The notes under the pieces were generated by a model. It was not told where the DNA came from. It did not search any database and saw only the letters and a program-made list of their open reading frames with translations. From Anthoceros angustus (lineage: Eukaryota; Plantae; Anthocerotophyta), in contig MU008171.1 in NCBI GenBank assembly GCA_010909165.1, positions 1,302,001 through 1,366,000 of the forward strand: a stretch of DNA of 64,000 bases, given 5' to 3'. A program made the translations under genes and the position numbers. The first letter of the stretch is position 1. The number at the start of each line of letters is the position of its first letter. Positions 54,165 to 64,000 of the stretch are shown piece after piece.

Positions 54165-55020
54165 CCGGTGGTAGAACTCTTTGGCGGGATCAGATCTGGA
54201 GGCTCTCTTGATGATGGATCGCATACCGATACGTGTATTGTGACAATGATGTCACAAAGACGCCGTATCGCAGAAGTTCAGCAAGGGCTGCATGAGCGTT
54301 TTCCACAAAGAATCGCCCTTGGAGGCCTATCAGGTGCTTTCACCGCCTACCGCAGGATGTCCGTTACATTCAAGAAGGCCACATTCGTGCCTTGGGAAAT
54401 GTGGATATGGTGATTCCGGGAATGCTGTGGGTTCTCCCCGGGCATGGAGCCGGGTCTACAAGATGCACGCCTGTGGTCGCTCGTGGATCTACATCAGTCC
54501 TCACATGGGCTCAATACAACCCATGTGTGCTTACCTCCTTGAGAATACACCGGCACTTGAGAGCACATGTGCAACAGACATGGCCGTGGTTCAAGATTAT
54601 GCCGGGCCTCCCATCCGTTAGATGCGGCCTGTGGGCGCTTTGCTCACTCACCGAGGAATTATCGACCAACTTGGTCCCCGCCTCCAGACTGGCTTTGCGT
54701 GGCACACAGTGGACCCGTCCTTGCTTCAATGGTGCCGGAGGATCATCACCAGCCAGGCTTGTTACCGCTGAGCGGGCGCCTTGGTTCAAAACCAACACAC
54801 CGGCCACCTCGCAGACCGCCACCGTTAGCTTTCGTTCATTCGCTTACAGTGGCGAGGGGGGCCCGCTGAACACCAACGCAGCAGTGGGAGGAACCCACCG
54901 GCCGGAGCGAACGCATTATGGGCTTTCACCCCATTCTGCCAGCCCTACTGGTTACACCACCAATAAGCGGCTCTAGGCAGCCATGGATGTTCACGCACTC
55001 ACGTGGTTAGTGAGTCTGCT
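54165..55020 (+). CDS. Family C DNMT3-like C5 cytosine methyltransferase (frameshifted)
   Basis: Motif I VVELFGGI.SG (54168), PQDVRYI, motif IV GNVDMVI..(W)EC.GFS (~54394-54435), motif VI AYLLENT (54530), motif VIII LDAAC..FAH.PRNY.TNL (54618-54675), motif IX EEPT..ERIMGF (~54890), motif X LG.AMDVHAL (~54970-55000). Confidence 0.88.
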
Positions 55021-55348
55021 TGGCCCACGCTCGCTTAGCCATGGTACCAGCCCATCACAAGATGTGTCCAAATGACGCAGCTTCATCTCCCTTTTCTCGG
55101 ATATGCATACATGCCTGGCCGGATGGATGGGGGGTGGAGGGTGTCCGTGGCCCTGTGTTTTTTCCGCCTCCAGCCAGAGAGGCTTAGATGATCCAGTCCC
55201 GCAAAGCCTAAGCTAAATGCCGAGACTTTCCTGGCGCATGGGGATGGATCGACGATGGGCGTAAGACACGCATCCACACTCTCCCGCTCAAGTATCGGAT
55301 CGCTGGTTTTACCATGAAGGACCTCAAGCGCCGCAATGTGATCAGATT

Positions 55349-56480
55349 TTGGATCAACTCGACAGCAGTGAGCCCATCTACCGCCGCCAGTTGAGCAAGA
55401 CGGAGGAGATGGTCGATGCTAGGTGTCGTGAGCTTTGTGGCTTATCCGGCTATCCAAAGTATTATGTCAAAAGAATCGCATGCCGCTTAAAGAAGGATGC
55501 CAAGGGCGTGGACGGAGAACGGATGTGTGGGACTATCGTCCCATCAATGCCGTCACAGGATCGGTACCCAATCACCCCGGAGGAGATATTTGACAAGATT
55601 ACGCCTGCCTTCTTCTACTTTGGACCTTCGTGGTTTTAACGATTCCGCTGCGTAAGAGGACATCAAGAAGACCGCTTCACGGGTCCCAATATGGGAATGG
55701 CTGGTGATGCCATTCGGTTCAAGAACGCACCCGCCACTTTTCGGTGATGGATCCGGTTTTACCGGATGTGCCAACTTGTTGTGCTATATCGACGACGCGG
55801 TTCACAAGACGCCTTTGAGGATCACCGGCACACTTAGAGGAGCTGCCCAGAGGCTAAGGAAGGCAGAGCTCACATGTCACCCGTCCAAATGTGAATTTGG
55901 AATGAACACTGGCATATTTAGGTCACGAATCGTGCCTAACGGGTGATGCCCCACTCACCAAGGTACAGCTATCCTGCAGTGAAGGAGCCCACCAACGTGT
56001 CACCTTGCGTGCCTTTCTTGGGTTATGCAACTATTATAGGTTTACAATTTCACCAATTGTAAACCCTTGAATGACATGTTGAGGAAAGACGTGGAATGGG
56101 CATGGATGAGTTGGCGCAGCAAGCTTTTGACATGTTGAAGGAGCAATTGACCAGGTCACCACCATGGCTAGGCCGATTTTAGCAAGCCATTTGTGTTACA
56201 CACCGATTGAGTCTCGGGACTTGGCGGTGCTTGCACAAGAGGATGAGGCAAGGAGCGCGTGATCGCTATGCCTCGAGGAGTAATAACCGAGCGGAGGCCA
56301 CCACAGCAGTGAGGGGAGTGCCTCGCTGCTTGGGCCGTTGCCACTTCCGCCCATATTTGTATGGTGCTTTAAGCTAGTGATCGATCATCGCCCATTGAAA
56401 TGGCTGATGACTAACACAAAATTGAGTGGGAAGTCGCTCACCGGGCCATGATACTTCAAGATTATGACTTCCTGTGGAGC
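55349..56480 (+). CDS. Family C RT + RNase H (frameshifted)
   Basis: LKKDAKG..ERMCG, DRYP..PEEIFDKI, MPFG, CYIDD, CHPSKCEFG, FSKPFVLHTD, HFRPYLYG. Confidence 0.88.
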
Positions 56481-56779
56481 AGGCCGAGTGACACACAAAA
56501 TGCGACATGCTATCTAGAAATCCGGATGCAGAAGCAGATGTCACCGAGGCTAGGGGACCATGAGGAGGAGATTGGTGCCGATGTCATGTCGCGCTTTTGT
56601 TGCCATGACCGCCTTGGATGATTGGTTTGCTTTCAAATTAATGCAAAGGACATTTGGGAAGATGTGAATGCTCTTCAAGATTTGCACTGAAGTATGGACG
56701 AGGCCCGACCCACCGAAAAGAACAGGTGCAGCAGTCAATAAGACTATTGGCGTGATGGCTACATGATTCAAGTCGGGCA

Positions 56780-57600
56780 ATGGTGTCGAGCGCTTGGTGC
56801 CACCACCGTGATAGGGTGACTGATACGCCGTGTGCACGACGACATGGTCACTTTGGTGTGAAGCGGACTTCACCGCTCACACCTCATTTTTATTGGTATG
56901 GGATGCAACCAGAGAATGTGGCTCCGTGAGCCTTGTGACCGAGTCAAGGCCTCCTTTACTATGCAAAGACCCGGTTCCACCCTCCGCCCATCATGGGCTT
57001 GTTCACCGGTCCTGACCTCATTGGAGAATTGACTAGGACGCCGAGAGGCAATGTCTACATACTTGTCATGATGGAGCATTTCTCCAAATGGGTGGAGGTT
57101 GTGGCTCTATCGATAAGTCCTCAAAGCACGCCCTGCATTTTTGCACACGTGCTTAGCCGCCGGTAGTCAGGCCGAGTGCCCGACCGACTGTGGCTCGAGT
57201 TTAGAGGGAATTTCGTGACCTTTTAGATGTTGCGCTTATCGATCACAAAGTGACTAGCAGGACCATCCTCGTGATGGCTGAAAGGATGGTCCGCACCATC
57301 AAACTGAGAAAGTTATGCTTGCAGTGGAAAGGAGGATTGGGACCTCATGCCGCCCTACATCGCTATGGGCTACCGCATGAGTAAACATGCAGCCTTGGCA
57401 CACTTCTCCCTTACTTCTTGCTTTTGGTCGTGAGCCGCCGAGTACAATAGCTAAGAAGATGGGAGGTGGTACACTTGATGATCCCGCCACATGGGCTCGA
57501 GTGATTGGGGAGCGCACTATTTCGGCAGTGTTATGCCAATGGCTATGGCCAACCTCAACATAGCTCAAGACCGGATTCCTTACAGATGCGACATAGCAGT
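56780..57600 (+). CDS. Family C integrase (HHCC + DDE)
   Basis: GHFGVKRT, DLIGELTRTPRGNVYILVMMEHFSKWVEVVAL, TD.GSEFRG, AERMVRTIK. Confidence 0.85.
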
Positions 57601-57829
57601 CATTCAGCCCAAGTCAAGAAATTCCATTGGGATTTCGATACTTGCAAAGGCAAACTGTGGACACCTTTGACATCGCTAGCAGACATGTGCCGAGGGTGCA
57701 GAAGTTAGGCCCAATGGAGTGCTGATTTTGCGGTGGCTCGATGGTAGGACTATTGCACATACCAAGAACTGCGCCCGCCACTTACCTAATTTGGACCCCA
57801 TGGATAACAGCTGGATTCCACCGCGACTA

Positions 57830-57965
57830 CCCGCAGTTTGTGGGAGGATGATGATGAGGAGCTTATGCTTCCGTGACGGATGCAATGGGGTTTTCATTTG
57901 TTTTGCCTTACCCTCCGCCGCAGTCGCTCGAGCAACTCGTATTGTGCAAAGTGTGCTGGAAATGT
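57830..57965 (+). CDS. Family C C-terminal PHD finger (degraded)
   Basis: VC..DDEELML.CDGCNG.FHLFCL.PP...YCAKC, read across frameshifts. Confidence 0.7.
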
Positions 57966-58977
57966 CGTGGATGACTGCTTGATTTTATACCATGTGATGT
58001 TGGTGTGATGGAATTGTGTGGACCTTTTGTTTGCTAGACGCACCAAGCTTTCCATTGTGAATGCGGCCGCAGGAGTTCTAGGATTCTTGCTGGCCTCATT
58101 CTTGGTTCCATGTGGCATTTGTTTCACGCTGCGATGCCTTGTTTCTTTCTTTCCGATTGTTTCGCCTGCCCATCACCGGGGTATAGGTAGAATTTTAGCA
58201 CTTTTCTTTTGTTTGGCCTCGACAGCCCTCTTTTCCCTTGCAGAAGGCCGGGTGAAAACCAGAAGAAGTGTGAGTGTCGGCTGGTTTTGTACCGATGATG
58301 AAGACGCACGATACCGACGTGAAAACCGATGCTAGGAACTAACTCTTAGAAGCTAGGGCTTAGCAAGTAGGTTTTGTTAGCTTAGTTTAATCGCTTGGTA
58401 CCGATAATTACTAAAATGCCCTTAAACAGAAAGTCGGAAATAACCCGCAAAATGGCCAAGCTTGGGCCAGTCTCCTCTCACACACCGGTGGGAGAAAGCG
58501 ACATGATCACTCCAATCCCAGGATGCACCAAGAGTGTGGTGCCGGTATCACGACGCAAGGTGGTTGCAAGGTTATGGAGCACAAGACCAAGGCGGCGGGA
58601 AGGCAGCTTGTCAAGTCCCTAGGAGGAACGCTAATGAACACACAATTTTGTTGTTGTCGAATTTCTAGGTCAGAATGCAAAGACTGTGTGTATCAAAGAT
58701 TGTGGCAATGTGTGTAATGTGCAAGGTTCATGGGACTTATCACCTAGGCACCTGTAGGGCAGCCCTTTTAATTTTCTCTCGAATCGGTGAGCATCAAGAC
58801 ATGTGAGCGCTGCGCATGTCCGTAGTATAGGTAGAATTTTAGCACTTTTCTTTTTGTTTGGCCGGATAAGCAGCCCTCTTTTTCCCTTTGCACCAAGGCC
58901 GGTGAAAACCAGAAGAAGTGTGAGCAAGTCTGTTTTGTCATACCGACAAATGATGAAGACGCACGACAAAGATACTA

Positions 58978-61900
58978 CCGGTGGTGCAGAGGGCGCCACA
59001 CGGCCCATCCCTCCGCCACACCATTGTGAAAACCCCGACGGGTGGTGCTGGATAGGGAGGGGCGCGCCGCCGGGCGCCCTCCACGCCACCAGTAGCTTCG
59101 GGGGAGGAGGGCCGCCTCACGGCACCCTCCCTCCTCTCGACCACTCACTTTTATGCCCGACGGTGGAGTGCCACAGAGGGCGCCGCCGCCGCCTCCCTCC
59201 ACGTGCCCATTGTGGCCTCCTTCCACACACTCAGACGCCACTTCCATCGAAAAATTCAGAGGGCTAACCTTAGAAGCAACCTTGGAATGAAGGCTAACCT
59301 TAGAAGCAAATGCTGCCCAAATCGAGCCAAGATTTGGTCGAGTGTAGAGGATACTCCTCCTAAAACATCTCAGATGTGGACAAAAAGCGATAAGGGATAA
59401 GCTCGAGTTGCGTATTTAATACAACTACAGTCAAAGTGCCGTTGAAGATAATGATGACAATGCGGAGAAGCTGGACCAAGTGATGATTAAGGATTGAACT
59501 CGGGATGAAACCCAAATCTGCTTTTTCCCGGTCCCAGTTAATGTTGTAAGTCGGTTGCAATATCGTGTTAGGAAATACCGCCCATGGCTTTTGTGGTGTC
59601 ATAACAAAACCACATTTTCCTCCCAAAATCGAGTTATAGCCGCCCTTCCGGCAGAACGGCCTTCCTCGTTCCTACTTTGCATTATTCCCGTAGGTTCGAG
59701 TTTGCGACCACCATTCGACACAAACATTGCTGGATGGAAAGTAGTAACTTTACTGGGTGACACCCTTTTTTTCGGAGCCGTTTTTCGCAATGCCTTCAAA
59801 ACGCTGTTTTAGGGCCCATCAAAAACCCCCTTCAGAGATTATTTGCGGAAAACCCCCTTCGAGATTATTCACCCCTTCAAAAATTATCATGTTCTGCCTC
59901 ACAGACAGATCACACGCCCGCCCGGATTATTTCGCCCACGCTCTTGCCCTTCACGCACGTATTCGCATAAAATGCGGGCTTTATGCACCATTTACCCTAA
60001 AATTCCTTTAACCTCAAAGACGTCGCTGATAAGCCATTCATGCGGCCCCCAGCCCCTATGTCGGATCGCGAAGGGCACATCGACATGCATTTCACTTCCA
60101 TCCGTATCACCGAGAGGAGGCCCTGCAAAACACATGATATCCCCGATTACATTTGTCGAAAGGATAATTAGCCCGGGTCCGTGATGTGACCACAAAATTC
60201 AAGGCAAGTCAACGGTTTCCACGCCTGGTGGAGTCCTCGTGTCCAAGCAAGGTGTGGCATGGTGCCAAGTGACTCATATGCTCCTTACAACGCGCCCATC
60301 CCGTCTTCCAATTCAATGACACCGCTCACCCACACTCACCACCCAGAAATTAACGCCAGTGCTTACATCCAACGTGCTCAAGGCCGGTAAATACACAAAG
60401 TCCCCACTTGAAACTTCCTCGCCTTTGGGTTTCCACGAGCCACCTCGCGTAGAAGGCATACGGAGGTGGTCCCAATGTTGGGCAATGGCTGTTGTCCATG
60501 GCCATCGGGATTACCCAAGCAAATTTTGGCTCGGTTTTGCAACTCCAAGAGACACTCTTCCGGATTCTGTGCCCAATCCTACTAGTTTGGAATAGGTATC
60601 CACAATATTTGGCATCATAGCTCCATTCCAAACATGATGTAATACGGGGCTGAAGTTGCCTGTACCGCAATCGATCCTATATCCCAATGCCACATATGGC
60701 AACAACTCATCCCAAAGACTGTCTCAATCTGCAATATTTATGGAGAGAATCCTTGAAAGTTTTGCACTAACTGCTCCGCCAACCACTGAGGATGGTCCCA
60801 GATGTGCGGCGATCTATCGCTCGATCCAACAACGCTTGGAATTCACCGAAACTCATTGCCTTGGTCCGTCAACACCGCACAACTCCATATCTCACGAGAA
60901 CACATTGCAAAATGCCCGGCCGTACTTGGAGCCCCGATCGGGAGAAAAGCCAACTCCACCCACTTTGAAAAGTGCTCTATCATCAACATGCAATGCTTGT
61001 TGCCTTGTCTCACAGGCAGTGTACATCAGTCAATGACCATCGAAGAACAATCCCTTGATGCAGGGCGAATGTAGTACCACATCCCCGTTAAACCTTGCCT
61101 TCATCGCATCGCACGCAAAGACATCACCACCAATTGCTCCACATCGGCACATACCGACCAAAAGTATGTATTCTTCAACATGTGATGTGTTCTCTCGACG
61201 CCAAAATGCCCCAACGCTTTGTGCACCTTGATCACTAATGGTCTTCTTTCCTCCACGGGTGGCACCTCCTTGCTCACCCTCGATCAACCACAAACACTTT
61301 ACCGCCTTGTATGTATAGCAAAGCGATTCGCCGCAGCCTGGAGGGCCATTGCTGCCCACATCACCCACATGCCCATCCCTCAACAATCGAATGGCATGCT
61401 CGAGCTTCCATATGTCTCGACCCCCGACGCTTCACCGCTGTTTCTATGGACATCAATGCCAAATATACAGGGCACGTGCAGAGATCCAAGTCTTGTCTCA
61501 AAGTGGTGTCTCGCCCCACACATCGGGTTCACCGAGCCCACTTCAAGATTGAGATGCACCTTTCCCGCCTGGTACAATTTGCATGTCATATCGGATAGCA
61601 ACAGCCCACCTAGCAAGCTTCCCTTCATTCATGTTGGTCAATGGCCGACATGGTCCGTGACCAATTGAAAACTTTGGCCAAATAGGTACATTTAAATGCG
61701 TAACCGCCCATACGCAGCAAGACACTCTCTCATAAGACGGCACCAGCCTTGTTGTTCCGCCGCCAGATGCCACAACCCGCTCTTTCCTTCCTCATCTCGC
61801 TTGGGCAAGCACGGCCCAATGCACCGCACTCAATCCGATATAGGACGAAGGGCTGTTGGGCCTCTTTAAGCATTGGCCTCTCTCGCCAACTACTCCTTCA

Positions 61901-64000
61901 ACTCGCCACGCTTGCTCGCCCCTCCTCGCCTCCCGGCCAATGGGCTTCCTTCTTGAGCAACTCGTATAATGGCTTGTAGGTTTTGCTCATGTTTCTTATA
62001 AACCGTAGTAGTTCACCAACCCCAAGAATGCTCTCAAGTGCTATATCTTTCTCGGGCATGAGACTCACCGCACTTTGGCCAACTGGCAGCAAGCCTCGGT
62101 ACAATCTTATGCCCCAAGTAGTCTATCTCCTTGTATGCGAACTTGCATTTCTTGGGATGGGCCTTCACCAGACGGCCAAGCGCCATTAAAGCACTAAGTG
62201 CTCAAGGTGTTCCTCCGTGTTATTGCTAAACACCGAATGTCATCGATGTAGCACTTGACAAATGCTAGCCCTTGCGCCCCAAGTCACCACTGCTGAAAAT
62301 ATATGGATCTTCAACCCGAACGGCATGGTCTCCCACTCCCATGCTCTTGCCCCAAAACTGCTGTCTTGCACTTGTCCTTCTCCTCAATCACAACTGATTG
62401 AACCCGGATCGAAAATCAAGGGTGATGAAGTATTTGGCCTCACGTCAAAGATCTTGTCGAGTGGGCATACCGCTCCATGGGCGTTATTTCATTAGGCTGT
62501 AATCCCACACATTCTCTATCCTTCCATTCCCATGCTCATCCTTCTTGAGTGGCAACACGGTAGTCGCATATTGCGAGGTCGACTTCGATCAGCCAGCCCT
62601 TGCACCGCTTGTCTACATCCCATTCCACGGACTCGCTGTCTTCTTCAAACAGGTTCATTGGTGGTCGTGGTGATCTTGAACTTGATGCGATCATACCGCC
62701 CAACTCGGCCCAACCGAACGCAGTGCCTCGAGTAACATGTTTGGATCCTTTGCCCGGCCGTAAATCTTCACATATTTGCCAATCATCACGGACTCATGGT
62801 TCCTTTCCTATGGCGAGGAATGAGGTTGCCGTGTTGGCATGTCTTGCTTCGTGCGGATGTAGGTTCATCTTCACATCATCGATGCTCCTTGCCATCTTTC
62901 TCGACATGGCTATGGCCAAGCCTCATAGACATCAACCATTGCATAAGTCATGTCAAGGCTTGCCCGATCAACCCGCACCGAATGATCTACACACCATGCG
63001 TGTAAGTGCCACCTACACAAATCCCATGGCTCGTTCTCGCTCACATTTTCTTTCCTGTGTCCAAACCATGCCTTCTCCTTTCCTAAATGCATAGACCGCT
63101 TGACGAGCGTGGCCATGCCCTTCTTGGTTTTCCCACCACGCTCACCGGGTAGTGGGGTAACTTGTCTCCTTTGAATGGTTGTCGCGTCCCGACCCGGGAT
63201 GTCATCTACAGTGTTCAGTATTAACCGCGTGATGCCTTAGGTTGTCACACCGCCCACATTAGTCCGAAGCTACGCACCGATGTGCATATGAGCCGGCCTC
63301 AGCAAAGATCCACACTAAGCTCTTCCCCCAACTTCGAACCACGAGTTGCCCATATTGTTTCCGAACACCCTCACGTCTCGCCGAAAGCACCACACGCGTT
63401 TAGCAAATAGGATGGTTAGTCGCGCACTTCCGCAAGATCCGAATGACTTCCTAGTTCCATGCCATTGCGAGCCACGGCCGGAAAAAGTTTTGCATTCCCA
63501 TCCCGCAATCAACATATCCACCGTGCCCAATGGCTTCAATTTGACGCTTTCCTACCAATAAGATATCGGTTGCCGCATCCTTGATTGCCTCTACGCTCAT
63601 CAACGTACTCTTTGCAGCCGAATGATTCGGTCCCGCCACGCACGCCCTTTCATCCAAATTTCGACACATGTATTTTTTTATCCAAATGCCACTCCTCAAG
63701 ACGCCTCTAACCCGGTCGCGATCAAAAGCTCCATCGGATGAATGCCCCGCCCTTCCGCTTCCATCGAATCACTTTATTGTTGATCCGCAGCGGGATTCAA
63801 ACCAGCATCTCTGAGGCTCACAGGCACACACAGGGTTGGGACACTCTGAGCCACCAGCCTTGTCGGATGTGTTCTCGTGTCGTCACGCAACCGGGTGTTC
63901 CCGACATGTGCAAGCACCTCTCGTGGTCATCCAAGTCTCTTCCCTCACTTGCTTTCTTCCCACACCCCACCCCAGCGCTTCCGCGCAAGCATGCGGTGAC
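58978..64000 (-). mobile_element. Ty3/Gypsy family A, copy 3 (runs off the window), without B insertion
   Basis: Colinear with 14630-18819 + 26246-27295. A single AAGTG at 63004-63008 joins the two flanks. Confidence 0.9.
62900..63740 (-). CDS. Uninterrupted family A DNMT3-like methyltransferase, copy 3
   Basis: MELF..IATGLEA..RSGIWIKKY (motif I region ~63680-63735), GTVDMLIAGWECKTFSG, GSYAHR, ERERAMGF..TYTHGV...RLIGQA.DM. Confidence 0.85.

Larger units (their letters stand above)
50225..58977 (+). mobile_element. Ty3/Gypsy retrotransposon family C: gag(CCHC) - PR - DNMT - RT - RH - INT - PHD, with split direct repeats X...Y-X-Y
   Basis: gag-like ~52140-53030 (CHY..GH...C remnant at ~52985), PR INVLAD(T)G ~53250, DNMT 54165-55020, RT 55350-55950, RH ~56170-56480, INT ~56780-57600, PHD ~57830-57965. 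X at 50225-50736 and 58316-58820; Y at ~58177-58315 and ~58821-58975. Confidence 0.88.

Noticed and set aside
54165-55020. Host DRM2/DNMT3/CMT gene, or DIRS-type adenine methyltransferase
   Set aside because: No introns evident, embedded between PR and RT, C5 motifs in unpermuted order, no UBA/BAH/chromo domains and no DPPY/NPPF motif.
50225-58977. Classifying family C as a DIRS/Ngaro element
   Set aside because: It encodes a protease and an HHCC-DDE integrase in Gypsy order; no tyrosine recombinase was recognised.

Overview
Plant nuclear DNA: (TTTAGGG)n repeats, compact GC-rich genes and short GT-AG introns of about 85-130 bp. A bryophyte such as a hornwort is plausible, but that is inference. 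The first ~8 kb holds a degenerate HSPA12-type HSP70, a 5-exon GT37 xyloglucan fucosyltransferase and a convergent SET/Rubisco-LSMT-type methyltransferase gene. From ~14 kb onward the window is a nest of Ty3/Gypsy retrotransposons. Main finding: two distinct Gypsy families (family A, minus strand, 3 copies; family C, plus strand) each carry a DNMT3-like C5 cytosine methyltransferase inside pol, between protease and RT, plus a PHD finger after integrase. Motifs I-X are in linear order and the catalytic loop reads GWEC. A non-autonomous LTR element (family B; 1.9-kb LTRs, tRNA-Asp-like PBS, AAGTG target-site duplication) sits between MTase motifs IX and X in two A copies, and the third copy shows the empty site. 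Family C lies inside A's GC-rich terminal block and has split direct repeats (X...Y-X-Y) despite encoding a DDE integrase. A ~20.3-kb duplication, microhomology chimeras and copy-specific small indels suggest assembly or long-read artefacts, so frameshifts in the elements may not be real.
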